From the sequence record MN445183.1: DNA of 64,000 nucleotides. One strand, given 5' to 3'. The notes below the pieces were generated by a model that saw nothing but the letters and a program-made list of their open reading frames with translations, was not told the origin of the DNA and ran no database searches. The first letter of the stretch is position 1. Each line of letters opens with the position of its first letter. A program made the translations under genes and the position numbers. This document shows positions 47,168-56,792 of the stretch, one piece after another.

Positions 47168-48919
47168 ATGTCAGACCACGTAATTGATTTGCTGAACGAT
47201 AATGACGTAGAACTCAAACCACAAGTCATCTACAAACCGAAAGTTGCTACAGCAATAATGATTGGTTGCACCAGTCATGCCTTCGGTCGTACTTTCCATT
47301 ACACGTTGGAATTCAATCGTTACCTGTCCTCGATCTGGCAAACTCATCCAGATGGTTACCGTTACATTAACATCAAGAACATTGAAGTTAAGCAACGCCT
47401 GTCCGATGACTGTATCGGTACGTTCCGGGTGACCCTGGACATGGTGTATAACGACGGTAAATTCACGGTTAACAACGCAATCATTGAAAGTTGGAACTTT
47501 GAACACCCTGACCCGCATGTTTACGCGACGTTTGATAACCCACGTGAGTTTGTTGTCGAATCCATCACCGTGGACAATGCCCACGTTGTGGTAACGGGTC
47601 AGAAACCGGAAGAGCCGAAGGTGGCAACACCTGCTGCACCAACTGCGGTTCGTGAGGTTGTGGTGTGTAATTCATCACCCGATCGTCGTCAAGACCATAT
47701 TGTATTTGAAGTACCGCCACACCGTGGTGTGCTGCGTTATGTCAGCGATGGGTCTTCGTGTATCGAGTTTGAGAACGTTCGTCTGCAAACCCAGGTTGAC
47801 CATGAACTCCACGAGATCGGGATTACCGGGATGGTCAAGTACGTCAACAACGTACCGGTTGCTACCGACATCAAACTGGTTAACCCGAAGATGTCCGTCA
47901 AGAAGGAAGGGTCTGGTGAGTGGTCTCAGGTTGAACGTCATCGTGGCTGGGCCGGTTACATCAGTAAGCTGATGATGGACAACAATTCGGTCATCGAAGT
48001 CGACATGCCGGAGAACTATGAGCTCCATCCGTACGTTTGGCTGGAAGGGATGAACCACCATCCTGAACACATGGGTATCTGGGTGCCGTTTAACGGCTGG
48101 CGTATGAAAGACCGTTATGACCTTCAGCTGCACAACGGGGAGATCCACAAGTACTATTACCCGAATGCGTGCGCGTGGGCTAAGATGGCAGACCACGATG
48201 GTCCTGGTCGTATCGAAGACCACGAAGTTGCCATGATTCGCCAAGTACCGGATGAGGAATGCACTGAGCGATTCTTCTTCTCTGGCCAGGAACGTATCAA
48301 GCGTAACCTCAGCAGTTTCGGTGACGCAGTGCCGGATGTCTACGTGATGCCTGATGGTTCAGTGCGTTTTAAAGTTCGTCACCGTCGCTGCTTTATGGAA
48401 CGTCAGATCATTGCTGATGTATCGCCGTCTGAGTTGTTTAACCATGAAAGCACCATTGCGGGGTATGGTGATTACACACTGACAGAAGTGATGCATGTCC
48501 CATTCCGTGTAGATGAACCGTTGTTCAAATCTGCGATCCGTTATTTGAAAGGTCAGCTGGAGAACAAAGTCTATTCGGGATTCAGCCTGGTGGAAGATGC
48601 CAAGCACGGCTATGTGGGTTCACTGAATGGAGAAAGTTTTGCTGATGCTGAAGTCGACTGGGTGATTCGTCAGCTGATTCCTATTGCGCAGAATCTGCCG
48701 GGGCAACCGAAAGAGGTATTTACTGACCCGTTCCGTACCGGTAACGGCATTGGCCACGTTGATTACTCCATGAACGGTAAACCTAACAAGAACCAACGCA
48801 TCTATAATCCTAAAGCGTTTGAACCGAAAAAGCCAAAGAACAACAAAGCCCTGAAGAAAGCGGCGAAACGTGAACGCGTACGTGCAATGAAGGAGGCTCA
48901 ACGTGGCGATCAAGCTTGA
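47168..48919 (+). CDS. Large hypothetical protein with basic C-terminal tail
   Basis: 583 aa, AAGGA RBS. Confidence 0.75.
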   Translation: MSDHVIDLLNDNDVELKPQVIYKPKVATAIMIGCTSHAFGRTFHYTLEFNRYLSSIWQTHPDGYRYINIKNIEVKQRLSDDCIGTFRVTLDMVYNDGKFTVNNAIIESWNFEHPDPHVYATFDNPREFVVESITVDNAHVVVTGQKPEEPKVATPAAPTAVREVVVCNSSPDRRQDHIVFEVPPHRGVLRYVSDGSSCIEFENVRLQTQVDHELHEIGITGMVKYVNNVPVATDIKLVNPKMSVKKEGSGEWSQVERHRGWAGYISKLMMDNNSVIEVDMPENYELHPYVWLEGMNHHPEHMGIWVPFNGWRMKDRYDLQLHNGEIHKYYYPNACAWAKMADHDGPGRIEDHEVAMIRQVPDEECTERFFFSGQERIKRNLSSFGDAVPDVYVMPDGSVRFKVRHRRCFMERQIIADVSPSELFNHESTIAGYGDYTLTEVMHVPFRVDEPLFKSAIRYLKGQLENKVYSGFSLVEDAKHGYVGSLNGESFADAEVDWVIRQLIPIAQNLPGQPKEVFTDPFRTGNGIGHVDYSMNGKPNKNQRIYNPKAFEPKKPKNNKALKKAAKRERVRAMKEAQRGDQA

Positions 48920-49343
48920 ACCCTGTCCGCTGTGTGCATCGCCCGCTAAAGCCGGTAAATACGCACTGGTCTTCTGGCACGTGAAATGTACACAATGCAT
49001 GCTGACGTTGAAAGACATGCACACGTCAGAGGAAGCTGTTGCAGAAGCCTGGAACACCCGCATGACCCCACAGGACAAGCGTAACCAGGGTAAACGTTGG
49101 ACAGACAAGGATTACTTCGAAATCGTTAACCAACGCACTGGAGAGGTTCTGGTTCGTTTTCGTGAATATGACGGAGAAAACGATGAGAAGGATCTACCCG
49201 TCATTCATTTCCTGAAAGAGTATGGGTTCAACTGGGATCACTTTGACTTTGCTAAACGGACGGGTACTGATACTTCCTATAGCGGTCAACGACGCATCCC
49301 AACTGAGCTCCGCTATTACGAGGACATTAGCTGGAGAAAATAA
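48903..49343 (+). CDS. Lar (restriction alleviation)-family zinc-finger protein with C-terminal extension
   Basis: LEPCPLC...VKCTQC...EAVAEAWNTR, the Lar-family pattern. Confidence 0.7.
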   Translation: MAIKLEPCPLCASPAKAGKYALVFWHVKCTQCMLTLKDMHTSEEAVAEAWNTRMTPQDKRNQGKRWTDKDYFEIVNQRTGEVLVRFREYDGENDEKDLPVIHFLKEYGFNWDHFDFAKRTGTDTSYSGQRRIPTELRYYEDISWRK

Positions 49344-49344
49344 C

Positions 49345-49830
49345 ATGTTTGATGCAAATGCTCCAATCCTTCAGGTGGGTCATTCCTACCTGATTGGTGA
49401 ATCGCAGCGCGGTTTGCTGATTACAAACGATGTTGCGATTACGCCTGTCTGCGGCTTTCTGAACATGGGGGAAGTCACAGAGTCTGTGCTGTATCGTGCG
49501 AACATGTATGATGATCTGGCAAGCTTCCTGAACAAGGTGCATGCGGCTCAGGTGCATGTCGGTGATTTCCTGATGGTCGGTGGAAAGATCCGCATTGACT
49601 TGAACCCACGACTGGCGTCCTTATATATGGCTAAAACCTGGCCAGGAACGATTGTCAGCGTGTTTATGGCGTGTGCTCAGGGATTTGCCGTCACAGCGCT
49701 GAACGGCTCATCTGAGTCGTTTGAAGGCGATACATGGCGACCACTGCCAGCCCTGCATCATTATCAATTAAACTGGGTAGATCGCACGGGCTCGGCGCAT
49801 GCGTTTACTGACATTGTTGAGGTACAGTAA
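49345..49830 (+). CDS. Hypothetical protein
   Basis: GGAG RBS before ATG 49345. Confidence 0.65.
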   Translation: MFDANAPILQVGHSYLIGESQRGLLITNDVAITPVCGFLNMGEVTESVLYRANMYDDLASFLNKVHAAQVHVGDFLMVGGKIRIDLNPRLASLYMAKTWPGTIVSVFMACAQGFAVTALNGSSESFEGDTWRPLPALHHYQLNWVDRTGSAHAFTDIVEVQ

Positions 49831-50705
49831 TGTTCCTAAAACGTTCGTACTACTTACCGGATTACAAACATCATGTGCAGTTGCCAAAACTGTTCCTCCG
49901 TATTCGTTCTGTTGCCATTAAGTTTAAAGGCGCTCCAGAAGCGATATACATCACGCCTGATGAGAGCCACAGTATCGAAATCAGGAACATGGTGCGAATG
50001 GGTGGCACGGTAGGTTGCGATGTTAACTTGGCCATTGGCACCGTATCGTTGGCCTGGCATATTTCCGCAGGTTGGCGTAACGGCGTTTTTCAACTGTGGG
50101 TCCATGGGTTAGCGGGTGGAGTTATTCCTAAACCTGATGACGAAAGACTGGAACTCGTGTCCTGGGAAATCTACGAATACAGCCTGTACGCGGAACCCAA
50201 CAATGATCGCAAGTTTCCGTACGTCCATGACAAGCCCATTGATAACTACGACACACGTGATGAAGTCGTGCTTAATCAGAATAGGTACGGGTTTGAAATC
50301 ATGGCAAGGCTTAAAGCCCAGTACGATTACGACACGAAGACCACGGTGGACTTAGCCACATTGCAACCGAACGATGTGGTGACAACAGTTATTCTGCGTC
50401 GCCATAGACAGGTGTTGGGTTATCTGTCGTTCAAAGACGACGTCAACGCGTTTGCTATCGCGACTGAACTGCGTCGTCTGGTACCGGCTGAAGACTGGTA
50501 CGACTGTGAAGTGGAGATGATGGATATTGCTGAGTTCCTGGTGAATAGTCGTCGCTGGGATCTTTCCATTCCACGGCACAAACGTACGGCGCGGTTCAGT
50601 AGTGAATCGACACATTGTACACTCGGTAGATCCGTGTTCAGTTGTGAGGATGGCGAGCCGAAGTTTAAACTCTTCAAAGAGGACCCTACTGACGGTATTG
50701 TATAG
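49830..50705 (+). CDS. Hypothetical protein
   Basis: 291 aa, TAATG-coupled. Confidence 0.7.
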   Translation: MFLKRSYYLPDYKHHVQLPKLFLRIRSVAIKFKGAPEAIYITPDESHSIEIRNMVRMGGTVGCDVNLAIGTVSLAWHISAGWRNGVFQLWVHGLAGGVIPKPDDERLELVSWEIYEYSLYAEPNNDRKFPYVHDKPIDNYDTRDEVVLNQNRYGFEIMARLKAQYDYDTKTTVDLATLQPNDVVTTVILRRHRQVLGYLSFKDDVNAFAIATELRRLVPAEDWYDCEVEMMDIAEFLVNSRRWDLSIPRHKRTARFSSESTHCTLGRSVFSCEDGEPKFKLFKEDPTDGIV

Positions 50706-50892
50706 TAGGTAGTGTACTCTGTGACGATCAATCGTGAAAGTCACACTGGAAGGAGGTGATCAGGGTGTATCATTTGCCCGTATCTCCCACGGGGAAGGGT
50801 TAGACTCCGGTTGCGACCGCATGGTCGTATGTAGGGTTACCAAAGTCGGACGGCTCCGGTAGCTCTGCGTTACGCTGTTCTATACAACCTAC
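50694..50892 (+). ncRNA. Candidate structured RNA / sORF-containing element
   Basis: ~190-nt intergenic stretch with several hairpins, end-to-end pairing and AAGGAGGTGATC. Confidence 0.35.
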
Positions 50893-50924
50893 GGCTGGGG
50901 GTAAAACCCCAGCCTCTTATGCCG
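50893..50924 (+). terminator. Hairpin followed by TTATGCCG
   Basis: GGCTGGGG-GTAAAA-CCCCAGCC-TC-TTATGCCG. Confidence 0.65.
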
Positions 50925-50941
50925 CTTAAAAGGAAACTCGT

Positions 50942-51574
50942 ATGAAAATCATTCAACAACAAACCCTGGACGCCATTCTTTCTAGCCTTACGAATGAGAC
51001 CAAAGTAACCGATCAGCTGTTGCCGTGGAACTGGTTGGGTGATGACATCATCCAGTCATTAAACGCCGCACACGGGTTTAACTGGCCCCGTACGCCAATG
51101 GCGGGGTATTGCCTGCCTTTCGCCAGTCCGATCTCGGTGGCAACCAGTAAAGAAGTGTATTGGCTGTACTTCATTGCCAACTACCGTTACTACGACAACA
51201 CCGCAGTTGATTTGGCAGGCCTTGATTACAATTTGTTCATTGAGGGTGAAACCGAAATCATGAATATTGCATTAACTGGCTGGCAAACAGGTCGCCTTCA
51301 TGGGGAAACCAAAGCACATGGCGGGGTGACGACCGGGATCATCGATGAGAGTCGCGAAGTTATTTTCAAACGCTATCAGGCCATTCCTTTCCTGATGGAA
51401 AAGTTCAGTCACATGCTGATGACTCGTGAATTACTGCACGGGGTTCCGTATCTGGCGTGTTTCGCCACACACCACTACAACGAGATTTATCGTAACCATC
51501 CGTATCCTAATGTGGTGCGCGAACTGGAACTTCCTACTAACCGTCTTTTGAAAGATCTCGTCTGGGGTAAATAA
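50942..51574 (+). CDS. Hypothetical protein
   Basis: 210 aa, AAGGA RBS. Confidence 0.7.
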   Translation: MKIIQQQTLDAILSSLTNETKVTDQLLPWNWLGDDIIQSLNAAHGFNWPRTPMAGYCLPFASPISVATSKEVYWLYFIANYRYYDNTAVDLAGLDYNLFIEGETEIMNIALTGWQTGRLHGETKAHGGVTTGIIDESREVIFKRYQAIPFLMEKFSHMLMTRELLHGVPYLACFATHHYNEIYRNHPYPNVVRELELPTNRLLKDLVWGK

Positions 51575-51987
51575 TGACACAGGCAATTGCGTTTCTCATT
51601 AAGGATGCTGACGAACCAGAGATGTCGGGCATCTTGATCCAAACCGAACGTGAAATGGATTTCGACGACATCAAGCGTGACGTTGAGCGCATCGTTAACT
51701 ACGAAGAGCTGCAAGACAAGTTCTACTGCAACATGGCCAGTGATGAAACCACCCTCACCTTTGTTGAAGTGTTGGGCGTGCCGATGCCGGTCTTTGTGTA
51801 TCGTGACGTGAAGATGCGCGGTTGGGCACAGGCTGCGGCGGATGTGATCGCTAAGAATGCCTGTGGCTACTCGGTAACTCTGTTCACGCCAGAAGCCCTA
51901 GCCATCGCAGTAAAGAACACCATGGGTATCATGGGTATCGCTGACCTTTCAGGCCCGTTACGTGGGTTGCCTTACAAGGAGTTTTAA
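51574..51987 (+). CDS. Hypothetical protein
   Basis: 137 aa, TAATG-coupled. Confidence 0.7.
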   Translation: MTQAIAFLIKDADEPEMSGILIQTEREMDFDDIKRDVERIVNYEELQDKFYCNMASDETTLTFVEVLGVPMPVFVYRDVKMRGWAQAAADVIAKNACGYSVTLFTPEALAIAVKNTMGIMGIADLSGPLRGLPYKEF

Positions 51988-52314
51988 ATGACGGTCGAAG
52001 ATCGTGAAAATGTAAAAACTGCCGTTGAGTGGATTCGTAAACTGTTTGCACTTAATTGCATTCCCAAGAATCCTAAGCGCGATTTGTCTGATGAAGGTAT
52101 TCATCGTTTAATGGATACCAACGTTAAACAGGTTGTGGTAATGGTGGAAGAGTACGTGAACCGGGTGGGGCTTGAGTTCGATACCCGGTTTGCTACAGAA
52201 GAGCTGTGCAAGACCTATGGGATTCGCATTAGCTTTGTCCCAACCGAACAGGACTGTTGTGGCTGGGTAATGGCCAAGATGGTGACTGAGAAGGGCAGTT
52301 TCCATTACGGTTAA
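51988..52314 (+). CDS. Small hypothetical protein (T.KG...G C-terminal family)
   Basis: 108 aa, AAGGAG RBS. Confidence 0.7.
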   Translation: MTVEDRENVKTAVEWIRKLFALNCIPKNPKRDLSDEGIHRLMDTNVKQVVVMVEEYVNRVGLEFDTRFATEELCKTYGIRISFVPTEQDCCGWVMAKMVTEKGSFHYG

Positions 52315-52402
52315 AATATGTTCAGTTGTACATAACTACACCCATAATTTGAAAGGCAGGTGTGCCGATCAAACTGTTCCATTTTTCCAGTAAGGATACA
52401 TA

Positions 52403-53065
52403 ATGAGACATGTTTTACTTGGGGACCTCGAAACCGGTAGTAAGGAAAAGAATGCTGCGGTATTTAGCGTGGCGTTTCTGCTCTTTGATATCGATGATGT
52501 TGGCTCCGTTGAGCGAGCAGCTGAAGCGTTTGTTAAAGGCGAGCCGGCTGATGATTATCGCTACTTAAGATTGCACGTAGGCGATCAGTGGCTAGACGGC
52601 CGCTGCCTTGACCTGGATACTCAGGAGTGGTGGCAGCAGGATCGTCTTAAGAAACCACGTGAGGCACAAAAAGGCGGAACTGGGGATTTCAAATCCGCTT
52701 TGCAGGAAGTTGCTAAACTGGTTGACGAATTGACCAAACGTCATCAGACCATCTACGGAAAAGACAGCAAGATCGTCGTGTACTTCCGTGATCGTCAGTT
52801 CGATGACAACATTCTTCAACACGCGTCTGAACAGTACGGTGTAAAACTCAATTACATCTTTAATCAGCGCCGGGACGTAAGGACCTATATCGATACGAAA
52901 TTAGACACCACCATCGGGTATATCCCTGACTTTAAACCGTTCCCTGATCTGCCTCGTCATCACGCGATGACCGATGTGCTTCGGGATGCTGCTTCAATGA
53001 TTGAAGCGAAACGTCGTTCTTTAAGTAACACACGCAGTGTAGTATCTGAAGATAAGTCGCCGTAA
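52403..53065 (+). CDS. DEDD-family 3'-5' exonuclease (Rv2179c-like exoribonuclease)
   Basis: GDLET, FDDNIL, RDVRT, HHAMTD motifs. Confidence 0.8.
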   Translation: MRHVLLGDLETGSKEKNAAVFSVAFLLFDIDDVGSVERAAEAFVKGEPADDYRYLRLHVGDQWLDGRCLDLDTQEWWQQDRLKKPREAQKGGTGDFKSALQEVAKLVDELTKRHQTIYGKDSKIVVYFRDRQFDDNILQHASEQYGVKLNYIFNQRRDVRTYIDTKLDTTIGYIPDFKPFPDLPRHHAMTDVLRDAASMIEAKRRSLSNTRSVVSEDKSP

Positions 53066-53081
53066 TCAGGTGGCTCTTTTA

Positions 53082-53212
53082 TGCCCGTTGGATCCGTCAT
53101 CTAACTGGGCAGTTTATAGTAGTGCGGAAGCGCGTGTGCACGGAACAGGCGGGAAAGTCAAGACGAGGGACCAGTCGATGGCGAAAGCTCCAATAGCAAG
53201 CCACTATTAGGA
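53082..53212 (+). ncRNA. Candidate structured RNA / leader with GNRA-capped hairpins
   Basis: Four or more stems in ~130 nt of intergenic DNA. Confidence 0.3.
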
Positions 53213-53244
53213 GTATGAGTAACTTTAGATTCTGGAGGATCAAC

Positions 53245-53691
53245 ATGACTAACCTTAACGTTGCGAACTACTGGGCTGAAGTAAACAACCACGCCGCTAT
53301 CGGTACTTTGCGAGCGAATGATGTGAACCAGGTATTTCACCCTTTTACATTGCAAGTGATTTTACACGGGTTGGGCATCAACGATATCAAGCAACCAGGC
53401 GTGACGTACACGGGACGCTGTCTGGAGTTACCAAACATCAACACCTATCAATCTCCTATCAAGACGTTCATTTGTCGCTTTGACTTTCAAGGCACACGAA
53501 TGATTAAGTCTCTGGTGGTGACTGTGCGTATGGATCTGACCACGGGAATGGTGACATCCATGCCGTTGGTGGGTTGGGACATTCGCGGCACGTCTATTGC
53601 GGAAGCATTGGATCTGCGGGCAGGCATGGAGGTTTATGGGTCGTACGGTAACATCAAAGCATGTGCTGACTGGCTGATGGCCGCGGCATAA
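53245..53691 (+). CDS. Hypothetical protein
   Basis: GGAGG RBS before ATG 53245. Confidence 0.7.
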   Translation: MTNLNVANYWAEVNNHAAIGTLRANDVNQVFHPFTLQVILHGLGINDIKQPGVTYTGRCLELPNINTYQSPIKTFICRFDFQGTRMIKSLVVTVRMDLTTGMVTSMPLVGWDIRGTSIAEALDLRAGMEVYGSYGNIKACADWLMAAA

Positions 53692-53745
53692 AGACCAGGT
53701 GGCGCCTCTGGGGTGTTACCCCGTGGCGCTGTACCTCTTTACTTT
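53684..53745. terminator. Hairpin with TTATGCCG on the minus strand
   Basis: CGGCATAA then an imperfect GGCGCC..GGGGT-GTT-ACCCC..GGCGCT stem. Confidence 0.5.
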
Positions 53746-53747
53746 TA

Positions 53748-54203
53748 ATGGGAATCACGCTAATGCTTAAGATCTTCAATGAGTGCTTGATCGCAATTAA
53801 CAAATGCATTAAAGGTTTACTCGAAGACGGGCTGTTGAGTGTTAATCAAGAGTTCGGCCAAGTTATTGCACCTTGGCAACGCAAAGCATTAAACGGCCTG
53901 GTTGGCGATGATGCAGTCGTGGTATCTATCACAGGCTGCCATCTTCCGCAGGTCGATATTCAAGGCATGCCCACGGATTCAATGGTTGTTGGAGTCCAGT
54001 ACCAAAAGGACAACCGCTTCCATTGGACGTCGGCGCTTGTCGTTTGCAATTCGGCCACTCAATGGTCAAACGTGTCGGTGTTAGCTTCTGAATCAGTTCA
54101 GGCTGGTTTAGACGAAGACAACAACGTGATTGGTCTTGCGTATCAGCACATCGGTAAAGCCGGTGAGCTCGCCGCATTAGCATTACCTGCACGAGCAGCA
54201 TAA
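53748..54203 (+). CDS. Hypothetical protein
   Basis: 151-aa ORF filling the gap before thyA. Confidence 0.65.
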   Translation: MGITLMLKIFNECLIAINKCIKGLLEDGLLSVNQEFGQVIAPWQRKALNGLVGDDAVVVSITGCHLPQVDIQGMPTDSMVVGVQYQKDNRFHWTSALVVCNSATQWSNVSVLASESVQAGLDEDNNVIGLAYQHIGKAGELAALALPARAA

Positions 54204-54267
54204 AACTATAAATAGACTATAAACATCAATTCGTTGTTTTACTCAAAGAAAATCAGGATATAAGAAG

Positions 54268-55419
54268 ATGGATAATTATTTGCTGCTTGGCCATCAAATT
54301 ATGCGTGAAGGTCGTAAGCGCGGTGATCGCACGGGAACAGGCACTAGAAGTATTCGCAGTGCTAAACTCATCTTTGATATGCGTAAAGGCTTCCCTCTGG
54401 TTACTACCAAGAAGGTCAACCTGGAGTATGTCTTCCGTGAGCTGAAGTGGATCTTACTAGGTCGTTCAGATGTACAGTACCTGGAAGAACACGGCTGTGG
54501 TTTTATCTGGCGCGATTGGTCGCTTAGCGAGCCGGTAATGGAAGAAATCCGTTATGCCGACTGGCAACGTCTCGAAGTGCTCGAACGCAACTATCCAGAA
54601 GCATACGCGGCATGGGTAGAAGAAGGGTATGCAAAACGTCCGATTGCCGAAGGTCATGCCTTTATGGACAAGCATGGGGTTCCCACTCACTGGGAGCGCA
54701 TTAAAATCCCAGCGGGTGAAACGAATGCACCTTATGGCCCGGCGTGGCGTAAGTGGAAAGGTCGTGATGGTAAAGAAATTGATCAGATCCAGTATCTGCT
54801 CGATACTTTGCGCACGAACCCATCTAGTCGTCGTATCCTGTTGTCTGCTTGGGATCCGGCTAACTTACCTGACGAGTCCATTAGTCCTCAGGAAAACATT
54901 AAGCAAGGACGTCCGTGTCTTACTCCGTGTCACTGGGCGATCGAAATGTACACCGACGAGCTTACACTCGATGAGCGTGTGAACTGGTTAGTGGAGCGTA
55001 ATCCGTTTGCCTGGGATAAGTGGGTAGATAATGACGAGGCAAATGCTGAAGGCGCGCTGGAAGTATATTTAGACATGCACGGTGTGCCAAAGCACTTCCT
55101 GGACCTGAAGTGGCACCAGCGTTCAGTCGATACCATGATTGGGCTACCGTATAACATCGCCAGTTACGGATTGTTGCTGCTGATGTTTGCACGTACGCTG
55201 AACATGGTTCCGCGTGAGTTAGAGCTGGATGGCACGAACGTCCACATGTATTCAAATCACGTGGAAGGCTTTGTGCAGCAGTTTAGCCGCACGCCGCGCG
55301 AGCTACCAACAGTAGAACTCATTAACAAGCACGATCGGCTGGAAGACTATGAATGGGGGGATATCGCCCTGTCGAACTACAACCCTCACCCGTTCATCAA
55401 GTACGATGTATCCGTTTAA
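54268..55419 (+). CDS. thyA: Thymidylate synthase with two insertions
   Basis: DRTGTGT, FPLVTTKKV, PYG..WR.W, SRRILLSAWDP, catalytic PCH, QRSVD..GLPYNIASY. Confidence 0.95.
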   Translation: MDNYLLLGHQIMREGRKRGDRTGTGTRSIRSAKLIFDMRKGFPLVTTKKVNLEYVFRELKWILLGRSDVQYLEEHGCGFIWRDWSLSEPVMEEIRYADWQRLEVLERNYPEAYAAWVEEGYAKRPIAEGHAFMDKHGVPTHWERIKIPAGETNAPYGPAWRKWKGRDGKEIDQIQYLLDTLRTNPSSRRILLSAWDPANLPDESISPQENIKQGRPCLTPCHWAIEMYTDELTLDERVNWLVERNPFAWDKWVDNDEANAEGALEVYLDMHGVPKHFLDLKWHQRSVDTMIGLPYNIASYGLLLLMFARTLNMVPRELELDGTNVHMYSNHVEGFVQQFSRTPRELPTVELINKHDRLEDYEWGDIALSNYNPHPFIKYDVSV

Positions 55420-55424
55420 ATAAT

Positions 55425-55462
55425 GAGAAGGGTGTCTGTCCGGCACCCTTACTCTTATGCCG
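55425..55462 (+). terminator. Hairpin followed by TTATGCCG
   Basis: GAGAAGGGTGTC...GGCACCCTTACTC then the motif. Confidence 0.65.
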
Positions 55463-55485
55463 TTTAAAAGAATAAAGGAACCCGT

Positions 55486-56160
55486 ATGACTGATAACATC
55501 CAACACCAAATTAACATGTTTCCATATAGGCTAAGTCGGCTGTTGCGTAAGAAACCCGTATACAAAGATGGTGTCTATGCTGGGACTACCTATCCGACTA
55601 TAGAGGAAACGGTTAAGTACATTAACAGCACCGATGTACTGGGCGCGATTATCTTTACTGATGAACAACGTGAACTGTTGGCTAAGTACCGTGACCGGGT
55701 TAATGTGACCGAGATCATGTCAGACGCATTAACCAAAGAATTGAAGAACATTCACTACCACATTCTTTCTGCGCAATCCGAACAGGATCGCCTCGCTCGT
55801 AACCCTGCCCGTATCCTGAAACCCGAAGTGGGTGATCAGTGGAAAGCCCGTTTTGGTTCTTACGGTGATCGCGATTTCATTGTGATGCAGGTGTTTGGCG
55901 AAGACGACATTGTGGTGTGGGGCAATCACCTAATGGAAGGCAATGACCCTAACACCGGGTATTTACGTGTTAGCCGCCAATGGATCGTTGGTCATACGCA
56001 TGCAGACTGTGGCCAGGAATGTCGACTGACTGATCTTGATCCGCGGATGTGGGGGATGGACTGCCATCCGATGCCAAAAGACAGTGAGGATTACAAATCA
56101 CTCATTGAACACAACACAACGTATGACTACAGCAGCGTAGAATCGATTTTAAGAGGTTAA
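55486..56160 (+). CDS. Hypothetical protein (tandem paralog A)
   Basis: 224 aa, AAGGA RBS. Confidence 0.7.
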   Translation: MTDNIQHQINMFPYRLSRLLRKKPVYKDGVYAGTTYPTIEETVKYINSTDVLGAIIFTDEQRELLAKYRDRVNVTEIMSDALTKELKNIHYHILSAQSEQDRLARNPARILKPEVGDQWKARFGSYGDRDFIVMQVFGEDDIVVWGNHLMEGNDPNTGYLRVSRQWIVGHTHADCGQECRLTDLDPRMWGMDCHPMPKDSEDYKSLIEHNTTYDYSSVESILRG

Positions 56161-56161
56161 C

Positions 56162-56767
56162 ATGTGTGCAAGTGATCTGATGGTAGAAGATGTATTGGGC
56201 CCGCGTGTGACTGAACTCACGCCGGATAAAGACGGTTGTGCGGTTATCCCGGTTAAGGTGGACGCTATAACCTTGACACTGCTCAACGTCATTAACGACA
56301 AGAACGTGTCACTTGGCAAAGACCCCATTGATTTAAATGCGACGATCAATGAGGCGTTGGCAAGTAAGGTACGTGATTGGGCAAGGGTCAACATGACGCG
56401 TGGGGAATCACGTCAGTGGTTGAATGAAGATGGGCTACGTAATCCGCAGGTAGGGGATTCGTGGTGCGAACGTCCTGGTTCGATTGACGCAATGATTGTT
56501 TGTGTGTTTTCGCCTGACGATTTCATTATCCACACCTATGTCAGTTCAGGTGGATTAATGCCCAGTCGTTATCGCTGTAATCGTGCGTGGTTAAAAGAAC
56601 TGGTGTTGTATTCCACCGATCCGACACAGCCATTGAATTTTAAAGCTGACCGCTTTTTATGCAGTAAAGACGGGGACCGCTACAAAGAGCTGACCAACCC
56701 CGAGATCATCAAAGGTGAAATAGCGTATGCAACAGACATACGCCATCTTGATCCTAATGCTTTATAA
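56162..56767 (+). CDS. Hypothetical protein (tandem paralog B)
   Basis: 201 aa, GAGG RBS. Confidence 0.7.
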   Translation: MCASDLMVEDVLGPRVTELTPDKDGCAVIPVKVDAITLTLLNVINDKNVSLGKDPIDLNATINEALASKVRDWARVNMTRGESRQWLNEDGLRNPQVGDSWCERPGSIDAMIVCVFSPDDFIIHTYVSSGGLMPSRYRCNRAWLKELVLYSTDPTQPLNFKADRFLCSKDGDRYKELTNPEIIKGEIAYATDIRHLDPNAL

Positions 56768-56792
56768 AAATAGAATCCTATGAACAGGAGTA

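Noticed and set aside
50720-50750. Resemblance of GTGAAAGTC to group II intron domain V
   Set aside because: No AGC/CGC catalytic triad, no matching 3' arm and no intron-encoded protein.
53145-53165. GGGAAAGTC resembling RNase P P4 or a c-di-GMP riboswitch
   Set aside because: The partner conserved segments are absent and the region is too short.
54268-55419. ThyA homolog as a base-modifying enzyme (dCMP/dUMP hydroxymethylase)
   Set aside because: It retains canonical PCH, QRSVD and the dUMP-specifying Asn (PYNIASY), and no modification genes are nearby. The insertions are in-frame loops without intein or endonuclease motifs.
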